A DNA stretch of 64,000 nt, taken from the IMG/VR virus record IMGVR_UViG_3300027756_000004. One strand, written 5' to 3'. How positions within the stretch are numbered: position 1 is the first letter of the stretch; the number at the start of each line of letters is the position of its first letter. Below are positions 10,097 to 18,260 of the stretch, piece after piece. A model generated the notes under the pieces. The model ran no database searches and was not told the DNA's origin. It saw nothing but the letters and a program-made list of their open reading frames with translations. Made by a program: the position numbers and the translations under genes. Origin of the DNA: a virus.

Positions 10097-10297
10097 ATGG
10101 ACGACACACATGATTTATTGACCAAGGCCTACATGAACTACTTCAAATACAATGAGAAGTTTGCCAAAAGACCCAGCCGACAGAGCAAAATACAGGCTAG
10201 AAAATGGTTGAGTGAAATACGCAAACTGGGTCGCACACGCCGAGCAGAAATTGTGCGTGAATACAAACAGCACAAAGAGAAGGCCCGCACACAGTGA
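10097..10297 (+). CDS. Small basic hypothetical protein
   Basis: 66 aa with AGGAG RBS directly after gp46; ARKWLSEIRKL..TRR.EI helix. Confidence 0.7.
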   Translation: MDDTHDLLTKAYMNYFKYNEKFAKRPSRQSKIQARKWLSEIRKLGRTRRAEIVREYKQHKEKARTQ

Positions 10298-10301
10298 GCA
10301 C

Positions 10302-10386
10302 GGCGCAGCCGCTGCGGTAGACGCTATAGTTTGTACGAAGTACAAAACTACGGCGCAAAAATTTTCTGTGCCTTTTGGTACCAAAA
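10302..10386. repeat. Cluster of short inverted repeats/palindromes
   Basis: GGC-GCA-GCC (10302-10310), TTTGTAC-GAA-GTACAAA (10330-10346, extendable to ~10322-10355), perfect palindrome TTTTGGTACCAAAA (10373-10386). Confidence 0.8.
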
Positions 10387-10461
10387 CTTTTCAATCACTG
10401 CCAAAATATCACAAAGATCCAAGACTGCTGTGAACGAATTCATCACACAGTAAGTACCTGC

Positions 10462-10896
10462 ATGACGTGGATGTATCAGGGCAAATCATTGGATGCACTG
10501 CCGGAAGGCACCGAAGGATTTGTGTATCTCATCACTAATTTGGTATCTGGTCGCATGTATGTGGGCAAAAAGTTGGCCCAGTTCAAAAAATCACGTCCAC
10601 CACTCAAAGGCAAAATCAACCGACGCAGAAGCCGGGTGGAATCAGATTGGCGAGACTATTGGGGCAGCAACGAACATCTGTTGCAGGATGTGCAACAGCA
10701 GGGTGCTGATCAATTCACCCGAGAGATACTGTACATCTGTCGCAGCAGAGGCGCCATGGCATATCTGGAAGCCCGCGAACAATTTGAACGCAAAGTGTTG
10801 GAGACTGATGCATACTACAACGGCATCATCAATGTGAGAATAGGCAGCAGCAATCTACTGAGGGAAGAAATTCAAAGGCTCAAGGCACTGACATAG
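10462..10896 (+). CDS. Free-standing GIY-YIG nuclease-family protein (single domain, 144 aa)
   Basis: GFVYLITNL...RMYVGKK (GIY-YIG), DWRDYWGS, FTREIL, LE and YYN motifs; start chosen at ATG 10462, 5 nt after a TAAGTA late-promoter variant. Confidence 0.85.
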   Translation: MTWMYQGKSLDALPEGTEGFVYLITNLVSGRMYVGKKLAQFKKSRPPLKGKINRRRSRVESDWRDYWGSNEHLLQDVQQQGADQFTREILYICRSRGAMAYLEAREQFERKVLETDAYYNGIINVRIGSSNLLREEIQRLKALT

Positions 10897-11258
10897 CAAC
10901 CACACTGATCTGAAGATCCAGGAAATACGTCTCTCAAAGATGGTGAATCCTGAGTTGCACAATGAGGCAAAAACGATGGTGCTCTGTGAAACAGACACAA
11001 CACCCATATTGAGGAATTGCTTGAACAGTTCCCACAATATTCCGTAGCAATGAAGTCAGCCAAGAGGGGTATAGGGCTACCGCCCCGCAGTAGCAATGGC
11101 TGTTCAAGATGGCGTGCTCATCTCGTATGACGTCACCACTTCTCCCCGTTCTGGGAGAAGTATGGATCCACTATCTGTATGAGCGAGCAGTTGCTTCGCA
11201 ACTTGATAGAGCTACACAGTGAGAGCGCAGCGATCACTTGGACGAACTGGTTCGTCCA
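10897..11258 (+). ncRNA. Candidate structured non-coding RNA or origin-associated structured element (~360 nt)
   Basis: No convincing ORF. Many nested helices: CAGGA/TCCTG, TCTGT-GAA-ACAGA, ATATTG..GGAATTG/CAGTTCC..CAATAT, CAGCCA/TGGCTG, ACTTCTCCC/GGGAGAAGT, AGTTGC/GCAACT, TGGACGAAC/GTTCGTCCA; possible pseudoknot CTTGAA/TTCAAG. Strand is assumed. Confidence 0.5.
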
Positions 11259-11387
11259 CTACTTGTGTTTGGGTTCACGCTGTTTGGATTGTCTTTTTAC
11301 TAGATCTCGTTCGTCACTGTCTATGATATACCAAGCCACTCCAATGATCAACAACAGTGTGGCAATATTCAATATGTATGCAATCAT
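11259..11387 (-). CDS. Small single-pass membrane protein (42 aa)
   Basis: MIAYILNIATLLLIIGVAWYII hydrophobic stretch plus basic tail; AAAGGA RBS upstream of ATG 11387. Confidence 0.55.
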   Translation of the reverse strand: MIAYILNIATLLLIIGVAWYIIDSDERDLVKRQSKQREPKHK

Positions 11388-11407
11388 GATATAATATCCT
11401 TTGGCAG

Positions 11408-11998
11408 TTAGTGTTGCAATTGTGCCAGTGCTAGGGCAGCGTCCTGCGCTAGGTTGGGATCGAATTCGGTCACTGTGTGCCACAGATTTTCTTGCGCGGG
11501 TGCTGATCGCACCCTGTACAGATCAGTGTGTGGCCAGGATCTCACTTGCAACGCCTGCAGCACAGCATGACTGTACACATGCACACTCCGAGGCTGCATG
11601 CTCAGCAATTGATCAATGTTGGTTTGATTCAACACACTGTGATAGGTTTGAATTTCAGTGACTCTAGAATCTTCAGCAAAGTTTCTGGCAAAGTGGTCGC
11701 CGCGCAGCCACGTGGTGTTGGTGTGTATCACCACATCTTCTGCTCTCAGTCTGCAACGTATGTGAACAAATCCCAGTCGTCTCAATCTTTCTGCAGTGTG
11801 TCTGCCCACGCATTGTATTTCATAGGGCAGCAGTGCTGTGAGCGGATGTTGATAGTGTTGGATGGCAGCAATGTGTGTGATCAATAAGCATTGAGTCCCA
11901 GCAGCCACATGCGAAACTGCTTGAGTGGTGACACAAGGCAGCCACATGCTGTCGTCAGGCATGGTGTGATTCACGTTGCTTTGTGTAAACACTCTCAT
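11408..11998 (-). CDS. hemD: Uroporphyrinogen-III synthase-like (HemD fold), divergent
   Basis: HemD-like motifs in the correct order: W.PC.TT (hPhh.h), LLITH..AI (hhFTS.NAV), CVGRHTAERLRRLGF (AVG..TA..L...GF), WLRGD (hhRG.), EIQTYHSV (EhhhY.T), VHVYSHAVL (hhF.SPS.V). Start set at ATG 11998. Confidence 0.6.
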   Translation of the reverse strand: MRVFTQSNVNHTMPDDSMWLPCVTTQAVSHVAAGTQCLLITHIAAIQHYQHPLTALLPYEIQCVGRHTAERLRRLGFVHIRCRLRAEDVVIHTNTTWLRGDHFARNFAEDSRVTEIQTYHSVLNQTNIDQLLSMQPRSVHVYSHAVLQALQVRSWPHTDLYRVRSAPAQENLWHTVTEFDPNLAQDAALALAQLQH

Positions 11999-12006
11999 CG
12001 TAAGAT

Positions 12007-12013
12007 TATTTAC
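12007..12013 (-). promoter_or_regulatory. Late-promoter-like GTAAATA upstream of hemD-like gene
   Basis: TATTTAC on + strand, 8 nt before ATG 11998. Confidence 0.5.
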
Positions 12014-12069
12014 TTGCAGACTGCACACATTAAAATATATTATTTGGTTCTTGGGTGTTTGCTGGGCTG

Positions 12070-12264
12070 TTAAAAGAATGGCAAGCCGCTTTTTTTGGTG
12101 GTTTCTAAATTTTCTTTGATGATCTTGCCTATGATTTCGCGATCTTCATAGCTGATCATGAAAAGGTCATCCACGCTGAGACTGCCACGCATGTACCAGG
12201 CCATTTTGAACAAATCCATTTTGAAATTTTTGGTTTCATTCTCCATGTCCTTGACTTCTTGCAA
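12070..12264 (-). CDS. Small baseplate/tail-assembly protein; likely the -1-frameshifted C-terminal extension of the upstream gp26-like protein
   Basis: WYMRG.LS.DD.F..S.EDREII..II.EN.ETTKKSGLPFF; weak TTG start; frame stays open back through a T TTT TTC slippery site at 12300-12306. Confidence 0.7.
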   Translation of the reverse strand: MQEVKDMENETKNFKMDLFKMAWYMRGSLSVDDLFMISYEDREIIGKIIKENLETTKKSGLPFF

Positions 12265-12293
12265 AATAGTCGCTAGAGAGCTGGGTAGAATTT

Positions 12294-13160
12294 TTATGCG
12301 AAAAAATTTGACTGATCGAATGTCACGGGTACCTCAAAACTTGCAGGGGCGCCCGCTTTTATATCTTCAGCTGTGCTGGCCACTTTGATGGGTTTGATGC
12401 TGAAAGATTCTCTTTGTTTTTGCACATGAGCCATAATGGCAGCATAAAAGTTTTTTTCTGATTTAGCAATGAATTCAGTGATGTGTGTGGGATCAGTGAC
12501 CACCTCTCCATCCACGGCAATGCTGACCACACTGTCGGCCACCATGGCTATGGTGATGTCTGTGAGTTTTCTAAAGCTCTGTTGAAACATTGACAACTTG
12601 GTTTGTTCATCTATTTTGTCGTCATTGACCACATTGATTATTCTTTGTTCTTCAAAAGACTTGACAGCACCTGCAGTGAATTCTTTGTAGTTGATGGGTT
12701 TCAAAGTCACGGTCAAGGCACCTATGTTCACAGTGTCCACAAACGTTCCCATCATGAGATCATCCAAGGCCAAACGCAGATCCATGCTGTAGTCTCGTTT
12801 GATAGTGGTGTTGGGCACATTGATGTTGACATCCATGCTTTCACCATAGGTGGCAATTCTGATGGCAATCAGCACAGCATCCAAATCAATGCTGGGCATC
12901 AGCCAAGCATTCTTAATGTTGGGCACACAGCTTTGTATCACATCCACAGTGGCCTGACCATTCATCAGTGCATCCGGAGTTTTGAACAACAATTCGTCCT
13001 TGGCAGTCATGGCATACACTGGCAGTTCACCATTGGCTGGCATTTCCAATGTGCCCGCTGGATAAAACTTGCCTCTGCTGGGCAATCGCATGTAGTTTTT
13101 GACCTGTCTAAAATACTTCTGTAAAGGATTGCTGCCCTGTTTGATTTGATTTTCTACCAT
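12294..13160 (-). CDS. gp26: Baseplate hub assembly/tail assembly chaperone, gp26-like
   Basis: NPL.KYFRQ...Y.RLPS.G.FYP, ELPVY.MTAKDE..FKTPDAL.NG, IDLDAVL.AIR.ATYG motifs of the T4 gp26-like family. Confidence 0.75.
   Translation of the reverse strand: MVENQIKQGSNPLQKYFRQVKNYMRLPSRGKFYPAGTLEMPANGELPVYAMTAKDELLFKTPDALMNGQATVDVIQSCVPNIKNAWLMPSIDLDAVLIAIRIATYGESMDVNINVPNTTIKRDYSMDLRLALDDLMMGTFVDTVNIGALTVTLKPINYKEFTAGAVKSFEEQRIINVVNDDKIDEQTKLSMFQQSFRKLTDITIAMVADSVVSIAVDGEVVTDPTHITEFIAKSEKNFYAAIMAHVQKQRESFSIKPIKVASTAEDIKAGAPASFEVPVTFDQSNFFA
12300..12306 (-). other. Putative -1 ribosomal frameshift heptamer T TTT TTC
   Basis: Minus-strand ...TCA AAT TTT TTC GCA TAA; the -1 frame reads RIKILPSSLATILQEVKDMENE..., in frame with ORF 12070-12264. 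Confidence 0.65.
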
Positions 13161-13171
13161 TATTACCTCCG

Positions 13172-13179
13172 TATAAATA
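13172..13179 (+). promoter_or_regulatory. Perfect T4 late promoter TATAAATA (tape measure gene)
   Basis: Exact TATAAATA match in the intergenic region. Confidence 0.75.
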
Positions 13180-13214
13180 AGTGTGCAATTAACATATTTG
13201 TTTTAATATGTGTA

Positions 13215-13222
13215 TATTTATA
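13215..13222 (-). promoter_or_regulatory. Perfect T4 late promoter TATAAATA (gp26-like gene)
   Basis: TATTTATA on + strand; GGAGG RBS before the start at 13160. Confidence 0.75.
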
Positions 13223-13248
13223 GTCTAAATTAACTGGGTATTTAATAA

Positions 13249-15462
13249 ATGGCAAAAGTAGAACTGAGAGATGGCATTATAGAAGGTGCTGCATCAGAAG
13301 CCACACTACAACAGATTCTAGCAAAAATTGGCGCAGATGGCAAAGGCGCCAAAGAGGCCACTGCCATGGCCAAGAGCATGAATGAGGTCACCAAAAGTGC
13401 CAAAAATGCCTCCACTTCATTTGATCAGCACATCACCTATCACAAAAAATTTTCCAGCGTGATACAAGATTTTGGTATCAACATAGTCAAAGGCACAGAC
13501 AAATTTGGAGATTTCACTTCCAGTCTCACTGGCTACATGTCACAGTTTGGTTTGGGTTTTGCACTGATGGCACAAGGCATTCAACGATTGGTGGATGAAC
13601 TGGATCAGCAGATTGGGGTATTTAGAGACCTCAGCACAGTGGGTGCAGATTTTGGTGACAGTATTTTTGGCTCCAGAATGGCTGCCATTGAAGCTGGCCT
13701 AGCCTTGGATGTTTTTACAAATGCAGTGAAAAAGAATGCAGACACATTGGCCCTATTGGGTGGAAATGTGAACATGGGTGCAAAAAGATTCACTGCAGTC
13801 AGCAGGGTAGTGCAGAGAGACTTGCAACCAACCTTTTCCAAATATGGTGTCACCATGGAAGAAACCACACAGTTGTTGACAGATTATCTTGAAATACAAA
13901 CAGGATTGGGTGACGCTCAAAAGATGAGCAATGACGATCTGGTAAGAGGCACTGAAAATTATGTGAAAGAATTGGATCTGTTGGCTAGGACCACAGGCTT
14001 GTCACGCAAAGAAGCATCAGAGGCTCTTAAGTTGCAACAGCAGGACAAAGTGTTGAAGAGTTTGATGATGAGCATGACCAAAGAGCAGCAATTACGTTTG
14101 GGAGGCATGCTGGCGGGAATTGAAAAAACCAGTCCTGAGATGGCAGCTGCCATAAAAGAATTAGTGGTCACTGGCGGTGCTCCTATTTCCGATAACGCCA
14201 AAAGTTTAGCATTGATTAATCCTCGATTGTTGACCTTGGCAGCAGGTTTAAAAGATGGTTCTGTGTCCAATGCTGAGTTTGGTGCAGAAATGCGTAGAAC
14301 TGCAGAGATAGCTCAGGAACAAGGCAAGACCATGGGTCAGACCAACGCTTTGGCTACGTTGCTGGGTTCAGGACTGTTTGGTGCTGGAGCAGAAATGTCC
14401 AAATTCACAAAATTCATGGAAGGATCCGCCGAGGCCATTGAAGATCAAAGAAAAGCAGAAGAGTCTGCAGGCAAAGTGGTGACAGATTTCAGCAACCAGA
14501 TGAGAAAACTAATGAACCAGATCATAGCTGCCATATCTCCATTCCTGTATGGTATAGAATTATTCATGGCAGGAATCACCAAGGTGGTGTCTTTGCTGAA
14601 CACAGGATTTATTAAAGGGCTGATAAGTTTTGCGGCCATCATAGGAGTGGTGTTGGTGGGACTCAAAGGCCTAGCTGTCGTAGTGGCCGCTACAAAAGCT
14701 GCTTATGCATTTAGCCGCAGCGGCAACGTAATGAGCACAGGCAAACAAGCAGCAATGGGACTATATGACAAAGCCAAAGGTTTTGTGATGGGTGGGGGAT
14801 CTAAAGCACCAGCAGGTGGCGGAGGTGGCGGTGGAGGATCAAGCAGTGCCAGCAAAGTTTTAGAAGGTGTTGGCAAGGGAGGCCCTACCATAGGAGCCAG
14901 TCTCAAAAGTTTAGCTGGTGGATTGGCTGCGTTTGGTGTCAAAGGTCCTGCAATTGTGGCTGGAGCTTTTTTTCTTGGAACATCCATTGCATTAATAGGA
15001 GCAGGCATTGCAGGAGCAGCATGGCTCATGGGCACAGCATTCAGCAAATTTGCCGATGACTTGAGCAAATTCAATTCGATCGACGGGCAGAATCTGAAGA
15101 GCGTTGCATCTGGAACAATGGCTCTGAGCGCTGCCATGGCCACTTTTGGTGTGAGCGGCATTGCTGCTGGTTTTGGCAAGTTGTTTGGTGGTGGGGGTGA
15201 ATCATTAGCCAAAAATATCAATGCCACTCTGGATTCACTTGACAAAGGCAAAATAGACAGCTATACTACAGCATTGAACGGATTGAGCGAATCTTTTGCA
15301 GGATTAAACAACAACATGTCAAAAACTGTTGCCACAACTGGTAAAAATTCCAGTGACAAACTGGAAGAGTTAAATAGTACTATGAAAGCCATGCTGTCAG
15401 AACTGCAGAATCAAAAAAGATTTGTTAAACAAACTGCAGAAAACACAGAATATAATACATAA
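13249..15462 (+). CDS. Tail tape measure protein (putative)
   Basis: 737-aa Ala/Gly-rich helical protein with hydrophobic segments, adjacent to a frameshifting chaperone-like pair; GAASEATL N-terminus. Confidence 0.7.
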   Translation: MAKVELRDGIIEGAASEATLQQILAKIGADGKGAKEATAMAKSMNEVTKSAKNASTSFDQHITYHKKFSSVIQDFGINIVKGTDKFGDFTSSLTGYMSQFGLGFALMAQGIQRLVDELDQQIGVFRDLSTVGADFGDSIFGSRMAAIEAGLALDVFTNAVKKNADTLALLGGNVNMGAKRFTAVSRVVQRDLQPTFSKYGVTMEETTQLLTDYLEIQTGLGDAQKMSNDDLVRGTENYVKELDLLARTTGLSRKEASEALKLQQQDKVLKSLMMSMTKEQQLRLGGMLAGIEKTSPEMAAAIKELVVTGGAPISDNAKSLALINPRLLTLAAGLKDGSVSNAEFGAEMRRTAEIAQEQGKTMGQTNALATLLGSGLFGAGAEMSKFTKFMEGSAEAIEDQRKAEESAGKVVTDFSNQMRKLMNQIIAAISPFLYGIELFMAGITKVVSLLNTGFIKGLISFAAIIGVVLVGLKGLAVVVAATKAAYAFSRSGNVMSTGKQAAMGLYDKAKGFVMGGGSKAPAGGGGGGGGSSSASKVLEGVGKGGPTIGASLKSLAGGLAAFGVKGPAIVAGAFFLGTSIALIGAGIAGAAWLMGTAFSKFADDLSKFNSIDGQNLKSVASGTMALSAAMATFGVSGIAAGFGKLFGGGGESLAKNINATLDSLDKGKIDSYTTALNGLSESFAGLNNNMSKTVATTGKNSSDKLEELNSTMKAMLSELQNQKRFVKQTAENTEYNT

Positions 15463-17135
15463 TGAGTTGGAAAAGATATTTTAATCAGGTCAGTGACAAT
15501 GAGATCTACAGTCGCACAGGCAGACTGGCAGGACCAGCCGCCACCAACTACAGTTCTTATCTACCAGATGTGTATTCAGGATCGCCCAATAGAGTGGAGC
15601 GATATGGGCAGTACAACACCATGGACATGGATTCCGAGGTCAACGCTGCATTGGATATTCTAGCAGAATTTTGCTCACAGATCAACAAACAGAATGACAC
15701 CAACTTCAAACTAGATTTCAAACAAGCAGCCACCAACTCAGAGATCACCATTCTGAAACAATATCTACAGCAATGGTGCAAACAGAACAATTTCAACAAA
15801 AGAATTTTTAGAATATTCCGCAATGTGTTCAAATATGGAGATGCTTTCTTTATCAAAGATCCTGAAACCAAACGATGGTTCCATGTGGATCCAGCCAAAG
15901 TCACTAAAATTATTGTGAATGAATCAGAAGGCAAAAAGCCCGAACAGTATGTGATTCGTGATGTGAATTTAAATTTTAAAGATTTGATTGCTACCACTCC
16001 ATTTCAGACCACTGGCAATGTCACAGCAGGTGGCGCTGGATATTTGACAGGTGGTGTGCGAGGCATGGTAGGTCAAGCGCCTGAACAGTCTGGCTCAAGA
16101 TTTGCCACCAGTCTCAAAGAAATCGCAGTGAATGCAGATCATGTGATTCATTTGAGTTTGAGTGAAGGACTGGACAACAATTTCCCGTTTGGTAATTCAT
16201 TGTTGGAATCCATATTCAAAGTGTACAAGCAAAAAGAATTATTGGAAGACGCCATTATTATTTACAGAGTGCAGAGAGCGCCAGAGAGACGTGTGTTCTA
16301 TGTGGACGTGGGCAACATGCCCAGCCATTTGGCCATGCAATTTGTGGAAAGAGTCAAAACAGAAATACATCAGCGACGTATTCCTTCCAGCACAGGTGGT
16401 GGAACCAATGTGATAGATTCAGCCTACAATCCGTTAAGCATCAATGAAGATTTCTTCTTTCCACAAACAGCAGAAGGTCGTGGATCTAAAGTGGAAACAC
16501 TGCCTGGCGGTACCAATTTGGGCGAGATTGATGATCTAAAATATTTTACCAACAAACTGTTGCGTGGATTGCGTATTCCCAGTTCTTATCTGCCCACAGG
16601 ACCAGATGACAGCAATGCACAATACACAGATGGTAGAGTGGGCACTGCCTACATACAGGAGTTGAGATTCAACAACTATTGTGAAAGACTGCAAAATTTA
16701 GTGGCAGATGAGTTCAACAATGATTTTAAAAAATATCTTTTAGAAAAAGGTGTCAACATTGATTTGGGCATGTTTGACATCAAGTTTCAAACTCCACAAA
16801 ACTTTGCTTCATACAGACAAGCAGAATTGGACAACAACAGAATACAAACATTCAGTCAGGTGGCAGCATTGCCCTACATCAGCAACAGATATGCACTGAT
16901 GAGATTCTTGGGCATGAGTGCAGATGAATTGGCCGAAAATGAAAGACTATGGCGTGAAGAAAATGATGAAAAATTCAAAGTAAAACCCACCACATCAGCA
17001 GCTGAAATGAGAAGTGCAGGCATCACATCTGCCAACATACAACAAGATCTTGCAGCTCAAGAACCAGAGACCACTGAACCAGTAGAACCTGCGGCTGCAG
17101 GCACTGCCACTCCAGGCGAAACTCCCACCACATAA
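15462..17135 (+). CDS. gp20: Portal vertex protein gp20
   Basis: LLEDAIIIYRVQRAPERRVFYVDVGNMP, EDFFFP...GRGSKVETLPGG.NLGEIDDL.YF..KL.R.L..P motifs. Confidence 0.97.
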   Translation: MSWKRYFNQVSDNEIYSRTGRLAGPAATNYSSYLPDVYSGSPNRVERYGQYNTMDMDSEVNAALDILAEFCSQINKQNDTNFKLDFKQAATNSEITILKQYLQQWCKQNNFNKRIFRIFRNVFKYGDAFFIKDPETKRWFHVDPAKVTKIIVNESEGKKPEQYVIRDVNLNFKDLIATTPFQTTGNVTAGGAGYLTGGVRGMVGQAPEQSGSRFATSLKEIAVNADHVIHLSLSEGLDNNFPFGNSLLESIFKVYKQKELLEDAIIIYRVQRAPERRVFYVDVGNMPSHLAMQFVERVKTEIHQRRIPSSTGGGTNVIDSAYNPLSINEDFFFPQTAEGRGSKVETLPGGTNLGEIDDLKYFTNKLLRGLRIPSSYLPTGPDDSNAQYTDGRVGTAYIQELRFNNYCERLQNLVADEFNNDFKKYLLEKGVNIDLGMFDIKFQTPQNFASYRQAELDNNRIQTFSQVAALPYISNRYALMRFLGMSADELAENERLWREENDEKFKVKPTTSAAEMRSAGITSANIQQDLAAQEPETTEPVEPAAAGTATPGETPTT

Positions 17136-17149
17136 GCATAAATAATTTC

Positions 17150-17392
17150 ATGCTATTGCGTGAAATCTTCTATTTTGATAAAAATGATGTGAACACTGCG
17201 GATCACAAAATGTATGATCCACAGCATGATCAATCCATCATTGGTGTCACTGACACACGCAAAACACGTTTAACTTTGCAACAGATCAATCGTGCTCGCA
17301 AAGCCAGTGAATTTCACAACAATGAACAGCAAAAAGATCTAGAGTTTGTGAGAAACATGTACAGCATTGCCAGCAGTCAACCCGCAGCCTAA
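17150..17392 (+). CDS. Small head-module hypothetical protein
   Basis: 80 aa directly after portal; DTRKTRLTL.QIN..RK motif; ATAAATA (17138-17144) 5 nt before ATG. Confidence 0.7.
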   Translation: MLLREIFYFDKNDVNTADHKMYDPQHDQSIIGVTDTRKTRLTLQQINRARKASEFHNNEQQKDLEFVRNMYSIASSQPAA

Positions 17393-17408
17393 ATAAAGCA
17401 GCCGCACA

Positions 17409-18260
17409 ATGGCCAAATTAGACAAATCCCTATACACCAAAGAAGAATGGCGTGCCATGCAAGCACAACGCAATTATGACAAATCTGTGCATAGAGCAAT
17501 GAAATCTGGGCTACCCATACCGCCAATGGAGGTACAAACCGTGTCCGATTTCAAAAAGAGTAAAAAAAGTAAAATTTTAATTACAACTGCAACTACCATT
17601 GTGCCTCAGGATGAGCCGCAGGTCACTCCCGAACCCATAAGATTGCCATTGGAAGGCAACATTGCGTTTGTGCTGGGCAATGGCAGCAGTCGCAAAAACA
17701 TACCCTTGACACATCTGCGTGAATGGGGACTAATTTACGGGTGCAATGCACTCTACAGAGAATATGCACCAGACTATTTGGTGGCTGTGGATGCCAAAAT
17801 GGTCACAGAAATATGCGAAAACAATTGGCAATTGAGGTATCCTGTGTGGACCAATCCCAACAAAAACATGGAAAAATACAAAGGTCTTAACTTTTTTAAA
17901 CCCAGTCAAGGGTGGAGCAGTGGTCCCACAGCACTATGGTTGGCCACAGAACATCAGCACACCACACTTTATATACTGGGATTTGACTACATAGGCAATG
18001 AAGAAGGCAAACTAAACAACATGTATGGCGGCACCCGAAACTATCGCAAATTGTCAGATCCTGCCACGTATCACGGCAATTGGCTGCGTCAAACTGGCAT
18101 TGTAATACAGAAAAACCACAAAAAACAATATATAAGAGTAGTGCAGGATGATCGCAAAGGATTTCAAGCGGAAGAATTCCAAAGACACCACAATTATTCC
18201 GAAATGACCGTGAGCGATTTCCGCAATGCATTTTGCAGGCCTAAACCTGTGCAAAATTAG
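17409..18260 (+). CDS. DUF115/Maf-like (sialyltransferase-like Rossmann) protein
   Basis: AFVLGNGSSR, IYGCNALYR, PDYLVAVD, SSGPTAL.LA, YILGFDY motifs typical of the Maf/MptE/GT29-GT42-like fold; low-complexity N-terminal ~80 aa. Confidence 0.6.
   Translation: MAKLDKSLYTKEEWRAMQAQRNYDKSVHRAMKSGLPIPPMEVQTVSDFKKSKKSKILITTATTIVPQDEPQVTPEPIRLPLEGNIAFVLGNGSSRKNIPLTHLREWGLIYGCNALYREYAPDYLVAVDAKMVTEICENNWQLRYPVWTNPNKNMEKYKGLNFFKPSQGWSSGPTALWLATEHQHTTLYILGFDYIGNEEGKLNNMYGGTRNYRKLSDPATYHGNWLRQTGIVIQKNHKKQYIRVVQDDRKGFQAEEFQRHHNYSEMTVSDFRNAFCRPKPVQN

Noticed and set aside
10375-10461. Longer N-terminus for the GIY-YIG ORF as in the ORF track
   Set aside because: Starts at a TTG inside a palindrome; the family-like sequence begins at MTW (10462), just after a late-promoter variant
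10298-11258. Group I intron carrying a GIY-YIG homing endonuclease
   Set aside because: No interrupted host gene on either side, and no recognisable P7/R/S core motifs (e.g. AGAGACTA...AAGATATAGTC)
10855-11394. Short ORFs (60-74 aa) in the structured gap
   Set aside because: No RBS, atypical composition and mutual overlap; better explained as non-coding structure
13605-15251. Antisense and alternate-frame ORFs overlapping large genes (here and throughout, e.g. 1616, 9048, 21019, 50713)
   Set aside because: Shadow ORFs arising from codon bias and low-complexity coding; no RBS or recognisable motifs
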